Of a stretch of DNA of 64,000 nucleotides, positions 17,053 through 26,536 are shown in pieces (position 1 is the first letter of the stretch; each line of letters starts with the position of its first letter). The translations under genes and the position numbers were made by a program. Below the pieces are notes generated by a model. That model did not search any database. It had not been told where the DNA came from and saw only the letters and a program-made list of their open reading frames with translations. The stretch is from a virus, in IMG/VR virus record IMGVR_UViG_3300029922_000003; one strand, given 5' to 3'.

Positions 17053-17097
17053 CCAATGTATTATGGAAGAACAGGGCACCTTTTATACCCCCCCCTC
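17053..17097 (-). promoter_or_regulatory. Repeated phage promoter-like motif, copy 1
   Basis: GAGGGGGGGGTATAAAAG-N4-CCTGTT-N3-CCATAATA-N-ATTGG; 38/45 identical to 51172-51216. Confidence 0.6.
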
Positions 17098-17103
17098 CTA
17101 CCC

Positions 17104-17133
17104 AAAAGAAAAGGGCCCCTTGCGCAGGGGCCC
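17104..17133 (-). terminator. Intrinsic terminator
   Basis: GGGCCCCT-GCGCA-AGGGGCCC followed by TTTTCTTTT. Confidence 0.8.
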
Positions 17134-17160
17134 TCTCTCCATTATGTGGTAACAATGAAA

Positions 17161-17628
17161 TTACAGAATGCCAGACTGACTCATGAATGAATGTCCAGAC
17201 GGCTTGACACCAATCTCTTCAAAGATCTTGGTTAGTAGAGCGTGCTCAGCGGCAGGTACATTATACAAGAACTCTGACTCAAAGCCTCCATTATTGGATG
17301 CAACGATTCGAGCAAAGGTATAAATACCGTTTGAGGTCCTTACCAGAATATACCCAGTAGTTGGAGTAACATTAGCGAATGTTGCAACAAGATGCTTAGA
17401 TGTGCCAGCTAATGCTGGAACAAGCTTTTCTAGTATTTCGTTGTATGGGTTGGGTTCGGAATTATCTGTCCCAACAACATCAAATACTGTTACTGATGGT
17501 GTGGGCTCTACTACAGGCTCTACCGTAGGGGTGGGCTCTGGTGTAGCAGTAGCCTCTGGTGCTACTGGTTCTATTGGTGTAGGTGTTGGAGTTTCTACTT
17601 CAACTTGGGTTGTTTTGTCTTTTGCCAT
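17161..17628 (-). CDS. Hypothetical protein with a Pro/Thr/Glu-rich N-terminus
   Basis: 155-aa ORF. Confidence 0.7.
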   Translation of the reverse strand: MAKDKTTQVEVETPTPTPIEPVAPEATATPEPTPTVEPVVEPTPSVTVFDVVGTDNSEPNPYNEILEKLVPALAGTSKHLVATFANVTPTTGYILVRTSNGIYTFARIVASNNGGFESEFLYNVPAAEHALLTKIFEEIGVKPSGHSFMSQSGIL

Positions 17629-17637
17629 ATTGTTTAT

Positions 17638-17979
17638 TTATTGTGTATCACCTTCGAGAGCAAGGTAAAAGTCTATAGCCCTCTTGATGATTTCTTTTAC
17701 TACCTTTGTGTTTTTTTCGTACGATAGGGGCTTAAGTCCAGTGTTACTAAACTTCATCGCCTCTACCTGAAAATCTCCAGTTAGACTCTCTGGATCCCTT
17801 GGTGGCTCTTCTTCGTCTCCTTCTTCATCATCTATATACTCATACTCGAAGTCCTTAATCTTTAGGATCATCGGGAATTTTCCAGTACAGATGATATACT
17901 CGTTTTCATTCTCGTCCATTGTGTACAGGAACGGGGGTGGGCCAGAGCGTATCGGTTCGATGGAAATAGACTGTTTCAT
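17638..17979 (-). CDS. Acidic hypothetical protein
   Basis: 113-aa ORF. Confidence 0.65.
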   Translation of the reverse strand: MKQSISIEPIRSGPPPFLYTMDENENEYIICTGKFPMILKIKDFEYEYIDDEEGDEEEPPRDPESLTGDFQVEAMKFSNTGLKPLSYEKNTKVVKEIIKRAIDFYLALEGDTQ

Positions 17980-18085
17980 AGTGTTAGAAGGCTTTCATTA
18001 AGCTAGACCCTATGACTATGATTGACAAGTTGTTTTTCGCCTAATAATAGTTGACTATGTTGATTTTGTTATATATTTTTAGATC

Positions 18086-18589
18086 ATGATTTTATGTGGG
18101 ATAGACAATGGTGTCACAAATAATGGAATAGGGGCGGTAACTCCAGACGGGCGCGGACTTTTATTTAAGCTTCCAATCAAAAAAGAAAGATCTTACACCA
18201 AAGAGAAAAAGAATATTAGTAGAATAGATTATCCAAAATTAGTTGAAATATTTAATAAGATAAAAGCTCTCTTCCCTGGAGAAGAGGTGGTAGCAATATT
18301 AGAGCGTCCCATGGTTAATAGCCGGAGGTTCACAGCCTCAATGAGTGCTATGAGGTCTGTGGAGTGTGTCCAGATAGCTCTAGAGGAATGCAAAATAGAG
18401 TATTCATTTATTGATTCAAAAATTTGGCAACATTCTCTATTGCCGCCTGGAACGAAAGGGGATCAACTCAAGGTAGAAAGTCTAAGAGTGGGCAAAGAGC
18501 TGTTTCCATATCTACCTCTTAAGCACGACGGAGACGGCATTCTAATTGCGGAATATCACAGGCGCAAGCATATGGGACTTTGCTCATAG
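18086..18589 (+). CDS. ruvC: RuvC-like Holliday junction resolvase
   Basis: CGIDNG, ILERP, SKIWQ and DGDGILIAEY supply the RuvC acidic residues. Confidence 0.85.
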   Translation: MILCGIDNGVTNNGIGAVTPDGRGLLFKLPIKKERSYTKEKKNISRIDYPKLVEIFNKIKALFPGEEVVAILERPMVNSRRFTASMSAMRSVECVQIALEECKIEYSFIDSKIWQHSLLPPGTKGDQLKVESLRVGKELFPYLPLKHDGDGILIAEYHRRKHMGLCS

Positions 18590-19135
18590 TTTCAAGAGCT
18601 TATCTGCTAAGATACTCACGGGACAAGCAAAAAAGTTACTTTCTTCTCCAGGTATAGCTATATACCTAGCACCCAATTCGTCCATCTCGTTTTGGTCATT
18701 TGATCCAAAAACCCATAGCACTGTGGCTGAGGCGTTTGTAGCTAACAGGAGGGTGGGGGCATTAGCCCCCCTAATCCCCTCATATTTACAACTAACTTCG
18801 CATATCCTATTTGTCACAAGCTTCTCGAAGTTATTGAATTGTGACTTTTTACTGGGGCGCATAATATCGCTAACCCCCTCTACAAAGAACAGCTCAGTGG
18901 GTGCTGTATCTATTACTAAATCTCCACCAAAGGCTTCGACCCTATTTAAGTGTCGAACCTCTTTGGTCTGGATGTTGAATTCCAAGAACGGATCCTCAGC
19001 TGACCTAATTGCAGCCTGCGGAATCTTCGTCTTGAGCTGCGTTGACAGTGCTAGGGCAAACTTGAGGTTGCCTCTTGTATTAATCTCCTTCCCCTCTTCT
19101 GTCATAGAGAGATAGGCTTTACGTGGGTCGGTCAT
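18584..19135 (-). CDS. Hypothetical protein
   Basis: 183-aa ORF. Confidence 0.65.
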   Translation of the reverse strand: MTDPRKAYLSMTEEGKEINTRGNLKFALALSTQLKTKIPQAAIRSAEDPFLEFNIQTKEVRHLNRVEAFGGDLVIDTAPTELFFVEGVSDIMRPSKKSQFNNFEKLVTNRICEVSCKYEGIRGANAPTLLLATNASATVLWVFGSNDQNEMDELGARYIAIPGEESNFFACPVSILADKLLKL

Positions 19136-19143
19136 AATTTATT

Positions 19144-20019
19144 ATGTTTTGTTATTTGGGTATTGAAGTTTTGGGTAAACTAGCATACACTCTGTATATG
19201 AAAAAGTGTACCAGATGTTTGATTAAAAAAGATGAAATAGAGTTTATGCCAAGATCAGATAGACCAGGGAAATTTACCTCTAGGTGTGCTGTGTGCATTA
19301 ATGAGATTGCTAGGGGGAAATATAACAATAACGAAGAGACTAAAAGGAAAGTGTCTGAAAATGGAAAAGCATATAGGGACTTAAATGAAGAGAAGGAGAG
19401 GTTAAGGCACCAAAAATGGAGAGAAGCCAATATAGAAAAAATCAAAGAGAAGGCAAAAACTGATTACTGGAAAAATAGAGAAGCTGATAAAAAGAGGCAT
19501 CAAGAGTATTACATAAACAATAAAGAAAAGATTGCCGCCAGAGTAAAAGACTACCGATTAAGAAATCCAGGAAAACAGGCTGCGCGATTGAGAAAAACAA
19601 GAGCGGAAAGCCTTCCATATCGTTTAACAAGAAATCTTAGTAGAAGGATGGTAAGCATTCTTCATGGCAAAAAATGTAATGAGCCAACAAAAGCTATATT
19701 GGCAAAACTGGGATATACAGTTGAGGACTTAATTAAACACATTGAGAGTCAGTTCCAAGACGGAATGACATGGGAAAACTATGGTCGCCCAAATGGTAGC
19801 TATACCGATGGTTGGCACATAGACCACAAAAAGCCCTGCTGCTCTTTCGACTTCGATTCAACCGATCACCCACAATTCAAAGAACTGTGGGCTCTCAGTA
19901 ATCTTAGGCCATTGTGGGCCAGAGATAATGCATCGAAGTCAAAAGAGGACAGGGTGATGAGTATTAGTGGAAAAGCAATTATTCCACAGGAGACTCCGGT
20001 AGAACCACCGATGGAATAA
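19144..20019 (+). CDS. Free-standing HNH homing endonuclease (likely start 19198)
   Basis: N-terminal CxxC pairs and basic helix; LIKHIESQFQDGMTWENYG...WHIDHKKP...NLRPLWARDNASK; overlaps the recA 3' end antisense. Confidence 0.88.
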   Translation: MFCYLGIEVLGKLAYTLYMKKCTRCLIKKDEIEFMPRSDRPGKFTSRCAVCINEIARGKYNNNEETKRKVSENGKAYRDLNEEKERLRHQKWREANIEKIKEKAKTDYWKNREADKKRHQEYYINNKEKIAARVKDYRLRNPGKQAARLRKTRAESLPYRLTRNLSRRMVSILHGKKCNEPTKAILAKLGYTVEDLIKHIESQFQDGMTWENYGRPNGSYTDGWHIDHKKPCCSFDFDSTDHPQFKELWALSNLRPLWARDNASKSKEDRVMSISGKAIIPQETPVEPPME

Positions 20020-21181
20020 TCCCAGATTCAGTGTTTAATTGATCCTCCTCTTTCTTTAGATGCTCATATGTCAATATTTTGTCATCTAATACAATATCTA
20101 GTTCCTGCTGGAATACTTCTATTCTGCTTGGGTCGTGGGCGAAGTCATAAAACTCTTGCGCAGTTAATGCTCTTTCCTTAGGAATCCCCATTTCATCAGA
20201 AAAAAACTTAGGACCTTTGACTTGTTGGAAGCCACCAATTTCCCCAGAAGCGAGCATGGAGGTTGTTGCCTCTACAAAATCAAAAGACTTGTTCCATCTA
20301 ATATTATAATTAATCTCTCTAAATGGTACTCCAATTTTGTTCTTTTTAAGCGTTAGTTTGGTTTTGAATCCATCCTTTTCTTCTCCTGAAGAGTCCTTTA
20401 AGGCACTTTGTCTTTTAAGTATCAGATTGTATGTACTTACAAAAGGAATTGCCTTCCCGCCACTTCCAATCAGTTTGTCTATCTCGGCAACGGGAACTCT
20501 TGCTGCAAAACCAGTTGCAATAGCTTCCCTACCCTGATTTACAAGAACGAGAAGGGTATTGGTTTCTTTTATTTTGTTTTTACAAAGATTCAACCAATCT
20601 TTGAGCTGCTTGGAGACCCCACCTACTTTTTGTTGAACAAAATTTTCCTCATCCTCTTCTAACCTCTCATCAGAACTGCCTGCTATTGAATCAATTACGA
20701 TGCACTTTGGGATTTCCCCTTCGGGGTCTAATTTAAGAAATAAGTTTAATTGATCAAGGGTCATTCTCATAGCACCTTCAATACTGGTCGGATGGAAGAC
20801 TCTAAACTCTTCTGGCTTAGATAGATATGCCCTCATGTGTTTTGTTGAACCCGCTTGCTCGGTCTCTATTAAGCAGCTCAACCCTCCAGCTCTCATACAG
20901 AGGTCTGCTATCCACAATCCCAATGAAGTCTTCCCAGACCCCTCGGCAGCTAATATTTGCATCACCCTTCCAAGTGCGAACCCCTTTCTGCCTAGAGCCC
21001 ACTGAAATCCCAAGTCTGGGACATAAATATATTGTAAATTTCCATCTTCCTCAGTCGCTGAAGACACCATATCAGATCCATATTTTTCTTTAACTCCAGC
21101 GGCACTCTCCGCAAAATATTGCTCAACAACGCTTGAGTATTTACTAACTTCCGTCGATTTCTCTTTCTTTGTTCTTGCCAT
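19979..21181 (-). CDS. recA: RecA/UvsX-like recombinase
   Basis: GRVMQILAAEGSGKT (Walker A), IETE, VIDSIAG (Walker B), LVNQGRE. Confidence 0.9.
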   Translation of the reverse strand: MARTKKEKSTEVSKYSSVVEQYFAESAAGVKEKYGSDMVSSATEEDGNLQYIYVPDLGFQWALGRKGFALGRVMQILAAEGSGKTSLGLWIADLCMRAGGLSCLIETEQAGSTKHMRAYLSKPEEFRVFHPTSIEGAMRMTLDQLNLFLKLDPEGEIPKCIVIDSIAGSSDERLEEDEENFVQQKVGGVSKQLKDWLNLCKNKIKETNTLLVLVNQGREAIATGFAARVPVAEIDKLIGSGGKAIPFVSTYNLILKRQSALKDSSGEEKDGFKTKLTLKKNKIGVPFREINYNIRWNKSFDFVEATTSMLASGEIGGFQQVKGPKFFSDEMGIPKERALTAQEFYDFAHDPSRIEVFQQELDIVLDDKILTYEHLKKEEDQLNTESGIIPSVVLPESPVE

Positions 21182-21204
21182 AAATTTATTTTGTTTGGTT
21201 TGGA

Positions 21205-21224
21205 GAGGGGGCCGAAGCCCCCTC
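21205..21224 (-). other. C(UUCG)G tetraloop hairpin between SSB and recA
   Basis: GAGGGGGC-TTCG-GCCCCCTC; no U-tract on the minus strand. Confidence 0.6.
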
Positions 21225-21232
21225 CCACTTTA

Positions 21233-22447
21233 TTAATCAAAGAGTTCAGCTACGCTGCTCTTCGTTGCTTTCTTTCGTTGTGGAACGGACTCAACCACTA
21301 CATCCTCTAGTTCATCATCGTCGTCGAGAGATGTTGCTCTCTTGGAAGCTGGAGCTGGAAGTTCATCTTCCTCTGGCTCAAAGCTCCGAGCCGACTCACG
21401 TACTGGCTCATCAGCAGACTCCTCTTCCTCATCATCAAGGCTATTCCTTTTAGAGGGACCTGCCTTTGCTGCTGGGCGTCTGAATTCTGCATCAGGGATC
21501 TCGTCTTCTTCCTCATCGTCATCGTATGAGGTTGAGGTGACACTGACTCCTGTTGCCTTCTTGATCATTGCCTCAATGCCTGGCACCCTTCGCGAGAATG
21601 CCCTTTCGAGCAGCTTGGGTGTGTCACTGAAGTAATAGATCAGCTTGCTGATAATTTCACCCTCAGTGATTTCATTGAAGATGCTATCAAGGTCGTATCG
21701 AGCCTTGAGAACAGAGCTTGTCGTCTTGATAGGATCTTCGTCATCGAGCGGAACCATGTTGTAGATGGAGATACCGCCAGTAGGTCCTGGGCAGATCTTC
21801 AGAGAGCAAGGAACTAGCTTCCTTGGATCAGTGATATCACCCCAGTAATACTCATCTGCAGATCCCTTCTCTGCCTTGCGGTTCTTACGCCCAAGTTCAG
21901 ATAGAAGACCCCAGCCCTTCGACTCAGAGTCTCTGCTAGTGAAAGCACCAATAGGGATCTGTAGGATTACGGGCTTGTCGGATGGGTTATCCTTGTCGTA
22001 CAAAATAATTGAATTAACAACATAGCCGCTCCACATGGATCCAAGACGAACATGTTCGTTCTTGTATGCATTGGGGATCTTCTTGCCATCAGAACCATAC
22101 CCTGCGATGAGGGCATACTTCGGATCGGCCTTGGCTGTTTTGATTAGCTCCTGAATTGGATCGTATGCGTCTGGGTCAAACGTCTTGGCGCTAATAATAT
22201 TTGATTCCTTTCCAACGAATGGATGGAAGTAAACTCCCACTGCCCAGTTGGTGTATGCATCTGGGTTCTCTTCGTCACGATAGGGCAAGAAACTTGCCTT
22301 ATCCTCTTTGTCACCAATTGCCGGCAAGATGCAGGCAACGATATCCTTGTTCGCATTTGCGAACTTCACTCTAACACCTTCGCGATATACAAAATGCTTG
22401 GACGTATAGTTCCGATCATTTTGGAAATCATTAATTCCTCTGGCCAT
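21233..22447 (-). CDS. Putative single-stranded DNA-binding protein (gp32-like) with a long acidic tail
   Basis: Lies between the polymerase and recA; aromatic-rich core; D/E-rich tail ending ELFD. Confidence 0.6.
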   Translation of the reverse strand: MARGINDFQNDRNYTSKHFVYREGVRVKFANANKDIVACILPAIGDKEDKASFLPYRDEENPDAYTNWAVGVYFHPFVGKESNIISAKTFDPDAYDPIQELIKTAKADPKYALIAGYGSDGKKIPNAYKNEHVRLGSMWSGYVVNSIILYDKDNPSDKPVILQIPIGAFTSRDSESKGWGLLSELGRKNRKAEKGSADEYYWGDITDPRKLVPCSLKICPGPTGGISIYNMVPLDDEDPIKTTSSVLKARYDLDSIFNEITEGEIISKLIYYFSDTPKLLERAFSRRVPGIEAMIKKATGVSVTSTSYDDDEEEDEIPDAEFRRPAAKAGPSKRNSLDDEEEESADEPVRESARSFEPEEDELPAPASKRATSLDDDDELEDVVVESVPQRKKATKSSVAELFD

Positions 22448-22479
22448 ATGTTATTTTAGTTTATTTAGTTTTGTTTTTA

Positions 22480-25272
22480 TTAGTTTATTTCGTCGATGTC
22501 GTAGAACTCAATACCATCTGCAAGGATAGACTTCCTGCCTCCATATACATTAATCTTCCCATATACAAATACTACCGCTTCCTCTTTCACCTTATCTGCC
22601 ATGCCTGCATACAACTTGGGAAAGATAGTAACACTCATTTTGTGTTCCTTATTTCCCATGTCAATGAAGCACATGTCATCACCCTTCTTCGTCTTTATCT
22701 TGTTGAAGCCTACAACTACGCCTGCACAGCAGACGCGCTCATCGGCTGGAAGCAATGAAGCCGTAGCAATGTCGACACAACGAGTCCTTCCTTGTGACCG
22801 GAAGAACTCAACTATGTCAGGGTTGCCGATGCAAAGACTCTTGCTTTCAAGCATCTCTACCTGTCCCCTACTTAGAGGGACGTGAGGGACATTATCCTCT
22901 TTTTTCTTGCTGACAGAAAACCTAAGCTTTAGGTATTCCGTCATCAAATTATTTCTCTTATCTGTTACACTATCTCCAGCGGCCTCTGGCATTTCATCCA
23001 GAGCACCAGACCAGATCAATGCAGATATAACTCTCTTGCTGACGATTCTACGATCAGACCTCATAAACAAATCATTTAGGGACTTGTATGGAGCATTCTG
23101 TTTTAGTTCGACAGCAGCATTCTTAATCCCCTTAATCATTGTTAGTGGATATACAATCTTCTCGTATTTCTCATCGATAATATAGAAGTCGACATCACTA
23201 ACATTAATGTCTGGGTGCTTAACTCTCTCGTGGAAGAATTTTGCATTCTCTTCTAGATCTTCATGAGTAGAGTTCTGCAGGATAGCAGTCCACCACTCAA
23301 GAGGATAGTGACCCTTGAGCCAAGCACAGATGTATGCCATATAGGAATACGCCACACTATGACTAAGGTTGAAAGAGTACGAGCTACTAGCTATACAAAG
23401 ACTAACGAAGGCTGATGTCTGCTCTGCATTCCACCCTCTATCTGCAAGCCTTCTGCGGATATCTGGTAGAATCTCATTCATCTTGTCAGCCTTCTTCTTG
23501 CCGATGATCTCTCGAATCTCGTCAGCCTGCTCTCCTGTGTAGCCACAAGACTTTTGGAACATGGCAGCAATTTGCTCTTGGAACAAAACGATACCATGAG
23601 TGGACGACAGGATATCTTCAAGGTCTGGGTGTAAGAACGTAACAGCTTTTATGCCCTGACGCCTTTTAATCCAAAGATCAATGAGAGTAGTCTTCTCGTT
23701 GGTTTCCTCATCAATCATCTCTGCATACATCGTACCAGGACGACATGCTGCGGTGATGGCTGCTAGATCTAGAACGCTCCTAGGCTGAACCTGCATGCAG
23801 GTTTGTGTTGGAATTGGGCCTTTGAACTGGAAGACAGTTTCGGTTCTGCCTTGGCAGATCTCATCAAAGATCAAAGGGTCTTCTGGGATTTTGTAAATAT
23901 CCACTGAGATCTTGTGACGCTTCTTGATGAGCTTAACACAGTTGCCAATATCCTTTAGGGTATTGAGTCCTAGAAGATCGAACTTGATAAGCCCCATAGC
24001 CTCAACAGCTTCCATTGTAAACTGAGTACAGTCTTCGTTGTTGATAGTACAGACAGGGACAATCTCCACAATCGGCACGTCAGACAAGCAATATGCGCTA
24101 GCATGTCTTCCAAGTGATTTAGGGATACCAAGAACCTGAAACACAAGATTCCTCACAGCCTGAAATTCATCAAAGAACTCTCCAAGCTCCTTGTTGTTTT
24201 CTATCTCCCCCATGTGGACTATACCATCGTCATCTGTCCACCCAGTTAGCCAACCCAAGAGATCATTAAACCCCTGTGGGATATCTGGAATCGTCTTGCA
24301 TAGATTGTCCACACGAAGCTTCATCGCCTCATCTTCCTTTGTATTCAACAGAACCCTAGATACGTCTTTGATTGCGCTCTTGACCTTGTTGGTGCCAGTA
24401 GTACAAACCCTGATGAACTTGTCACCATGCTTTGCCTTAAGACACTCAACAAGCCTACCTGGGTCACTGAAGTCCACATCGATATCTGGCAGCTTTCCTC
24501 TGTTGATTCGTCCCATAGAGAGGAATCGGTCAAAGGACAATCCATAGTGAATGGGATCAACATGGGTGATCATCAAGAGATATGCCAGAAGCGAACCTCC
24601 AGCAGAACCTCGACCAGCACCAATCTCAATCCCAATAGACCTAGCTGTCTCGCAAAAATCGTGTAGTGCAAAGAAGTATGGGAGAAGGTTTACCTTACCA
24701 TTCTCTGCGATCAGCTTTACCTCCTGCTTGATTCTAGCCTTGTAGACAGGATCATCTGGTAGACGACCATATCTAGTGATCAGATCAAATAGGTGGTGCT
24801 TGTACTTGGTATCCAGATCGCAGTCCAGTTCGATAACCTCTCTGGACATCTCTACCTCTGGAAGATGGTATTCCTTCTTGAGCTGTACACGCTCACACAT
24901 TGCTGCCAATGCATGGTTGTTCTCTACCCCCTCTACAAATTGAGCTGATGTATTGCCATGCAGACTCTTCCACTTATCCCAAGCTTCCTCTGTGTTTAAT
25001 TGGTAGTACTTTGTGAAGAACTTGAGACCGCCGTCCTCCCCCCTACCGTTTTGCAGTAGGAGATCTTGAACAACCTTCTGGTCCTTATTCACAAAGTGAG
25101 CATCCAAAGTAAGCAGAAGAGGAAGACCTTCTTTCTTAGCGATCTTCATGATGAGCTCATTGCCCGCTTTCTGTAAGTCGCCATGCTGTGCTTGTGGAGA
25201 GCATTCCATTCGCACGAACATACCTCTCTCTACTTTTCTCCAGCTGCTTTTGTTAACTCTCATGCGTTTCAA
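22480..25272 (-). CDS. dnaE: DNA polymerase III alpha, C-terminal part (end of PHP, palm, fingers, HhH, OB); probable start ATG 25263
   Basis: LTLDAHF, GAGRGSAGGSLLAYLL, PDIDVDF, GRHASA, KFDLLGL, RPG, LFQEQ, YSFNLSH, GIKN. Confidence 0.95.
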   Translation of the reverse strand: MKRMRVNKSSWRKVERGMFVRMECSPQAQHGDLQKAGNELIMKIAKKEGLPLLLTLDAHFVNKDQKVVQDLLLQNGRGEDGGLKFFTKYYQLNTEEAWDKWKSLHGNTSAQFVEGVENNHALAAMCERVQLKKEYHLPEVEMSREVIELDCDLDTKYKHHLFDLITRYGRLPDDPVYKARIKQEVKLIAENGKVNLLPYFFALHDFCETARSIGIEIGAGRGSAGGSLLAYLLMITHVDPIHYGLSFDRFLSMGRINRGKLPDIDVDFSDPGRLVECLKAKHGDKFIRVCTTGTNKVKSAIKDVSRVLLNTKEDEAMKLRVDNLCKTIPDIPQGFNDLLGWLTGWTDDDGIVHMGEIENNKELGEFFDEFQAVRNLVFQVLGIPKSLGRHASAYCLSDVPIVEIVPVCTINNEDCTQFTMEAVEAMGLIKFDLLGLNTLKDIGNCVKLIKKRHKISVDIYKIPEDPLIFDEICQGRTETVFQFKGPIPTQTCMQVQPRSVLDLAAITAACRPGTMYAEMIDEETNEKTTLIDLWIKRRQGIKAVTFLHPDLEDILSSTHGIVLFQEQIAAMFQKSCGYTGEQADEIREIIGKKKADKMNEILPDIRRRLADRGWNAEQTSAFVSLCIASSSYSFNLSHSVAYSYMAYICAWLKGHYPLEWWTAILQNSTHEDLEENAKFFHERVKHPDINVSDVDFYIIDEKYEKIVYPLTMIKGIKNAAVELKQNAPYKSLNDLFMRSDRRIVSKRVISALIWSGALDEMPEAAGDSVTDKRNNLMTEYLKLRFSVSKKKEDNVPHVPLSRGQVEMLESKSLCIGNPDIVEFFRSQGRTRCVDIATASLLPADERVCCAGVVVGFNKIKTKKGDDMCFIDMGNKEHKMSVTIFPKLYAGMADKVKEEAVVFVYGKINVYGGRKSILADGIEFYDIDEIN

Positions 25273-26110
25273 TTATCCTTGTTGGACCAGTGAGTTCGTA
25301 TAACTCTTCTTCGCTTATGCTCATTGGAGAGTCAATTATTCGATTGGAGAGAGGGAACTCTTGTGGTCTGTCGTTGAGGGATGAAAATACCTCAGTAACT
25401 TTCCTGGTGCAAGCCTCTAGAGCAGAAATCGTACCGATGTCTGTTTCTAGCATATCTGTTTCCTTGAAGGTATACATAAATCCATTTTCTCCCTCTACTT
25501 GTATAACTCCCTTTGTCTCCCAGTCTCTATCGACGTTGTGGGGCATTACCTCCATAAATAGCCTATTGTCCGATCCGAATATCTCCATGAGCCTTTCTAG
25601 GCCATAAGCGGCCATGTCATTCTCTCCACGAAGATACGGCTTTACAATAGGCCCCTCAATACATCCACTGCCGCAGATGATTCCCTCATTGAACTCCTCT
25701 AGGTCTTCCCAAGCAACCCTGGGCTTCAAGTTTCCAAATATGTTTACAACCCTACCTGGGCCCCATGAAGCATTTGATAAAGCAAGTAGGTTCTTATACC
25801 CAGTTTGGTTCATCGCCCATAGGGTTAGATGAAAATATTTGAATGCCTTTTTGCCTGGTGCTACGTTGTATTCTTTGTGGGGAAGAAGGTATATTTCTGC
25901 ACCTGGTATCCCTTTAATATCTGTTTTTGAGGTCTTGGTTATGAGGTCATATAGCCCAAGGACATACCCGTGGTCAGTGCAACTACAAGCCTCAATCCCA
26001 TTCTCCTGGCAGTACTTTATGTATTCGTCTATTTTTGACACTCCATCCATAAGGCTATACGCTGTATGAGTGTGGAGTGGCAATATACTTAATTTAGTTG
26101 GTGCGCTCAT
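25253..26110 (-). CDS. dnaE: DNA polymerase III alpha, N-terminal PHP part plus an 88-aa non-homologous tail (start MSAPTK)
   Basis: LHTHTAYSLMDG, TDHG, GAEIY, HLTLWAMNQTGYKNL, SGCIEG, FMEVMPH. Confidence 0.92.
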   Translation of the reverse strand: MSAPTKLSILPLHTHTAYSLMDGVSKIDEYIKYCQENGIEACSCTDHGYVLGLYDLITKTSKTDIKGIPGAEIYLLPHKEYNVAPGKKAFKYFHLTLWAMNQTGYKNLLALSNASWGPGRVVNIFGNLKPRVAWEDLEEFNEGIICGSGCIEGPIVKPYLRGENDMAAYGLERLMEIFGSDNRLFMEVMPHNVDRDWETKGVIQVEGENGFMYTFKETDMLETDIGTISALEACTRKVTEVFSSLNDRPQEFPLSNRIIDSPMSISEEELYELTGPTRIIETHES

Positions 26111-26203
26111 ACTTCTGTGTGTGTTTGTGTGCAGACGCAACGAGCCCCTTGCGCGGGGCTGTGGCGATCTACGATAGCCTACCAATGGGTAGGCGCAGTA
26201 CTA

Positions 26204-26536
26204 TTAACTGAACGAGAAGTTCGGATCGAACTCAATCGCTTTGTAGTGATTGTGGGAAACTTTCTCTACCATACCCTCTTCGCACATGCGCTTCATAAAG
26301 ATGAATACGCTTTCTGGATTGATCTTGGCCTTCACTCTCTTACTGACGAGTTTGATCACGTCAGGAAGGTGAACAACACCATTGTCGCTTTCCATAGAGA
26401 GCATTGATTGATAGATTATATCTTCAAAGTCATCAGGGTACTTTTGGGCGGTAGTCATTTGGGTTTCCATATTTTGCTTCAATCTGCTTCCAGATTTCCG
26501 ACCTAGGTGCTTCACCTGGATCCTTGAATCCTTCAA
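26204..26536 (-). CDS. Small winged-helix-like protein (true start probably about 26464)
   Basis: Helix-turn-helix followed by EEGMVEKVSHNHY wing-like end. Confidence 0.45.
   Translation of the reverse strand: MKDSRIQVKHLGRKSGSRLKQNMETQMTTAQKYPDDFEDIIYQSMLSMESDNGVVHLPDVIKLVSKRVKAKINPESVFIFMKRMCEEGMVEKVSHNHYKAIEFDPNFSFS

Noticed and set aside
25253-25520. Classical split intein in dnaE
   Set aside because: No Cys/Ser at the N-junction, no His-Asn plus nucleophile at the C-junction, and the site differs from the known split-DnaE position.
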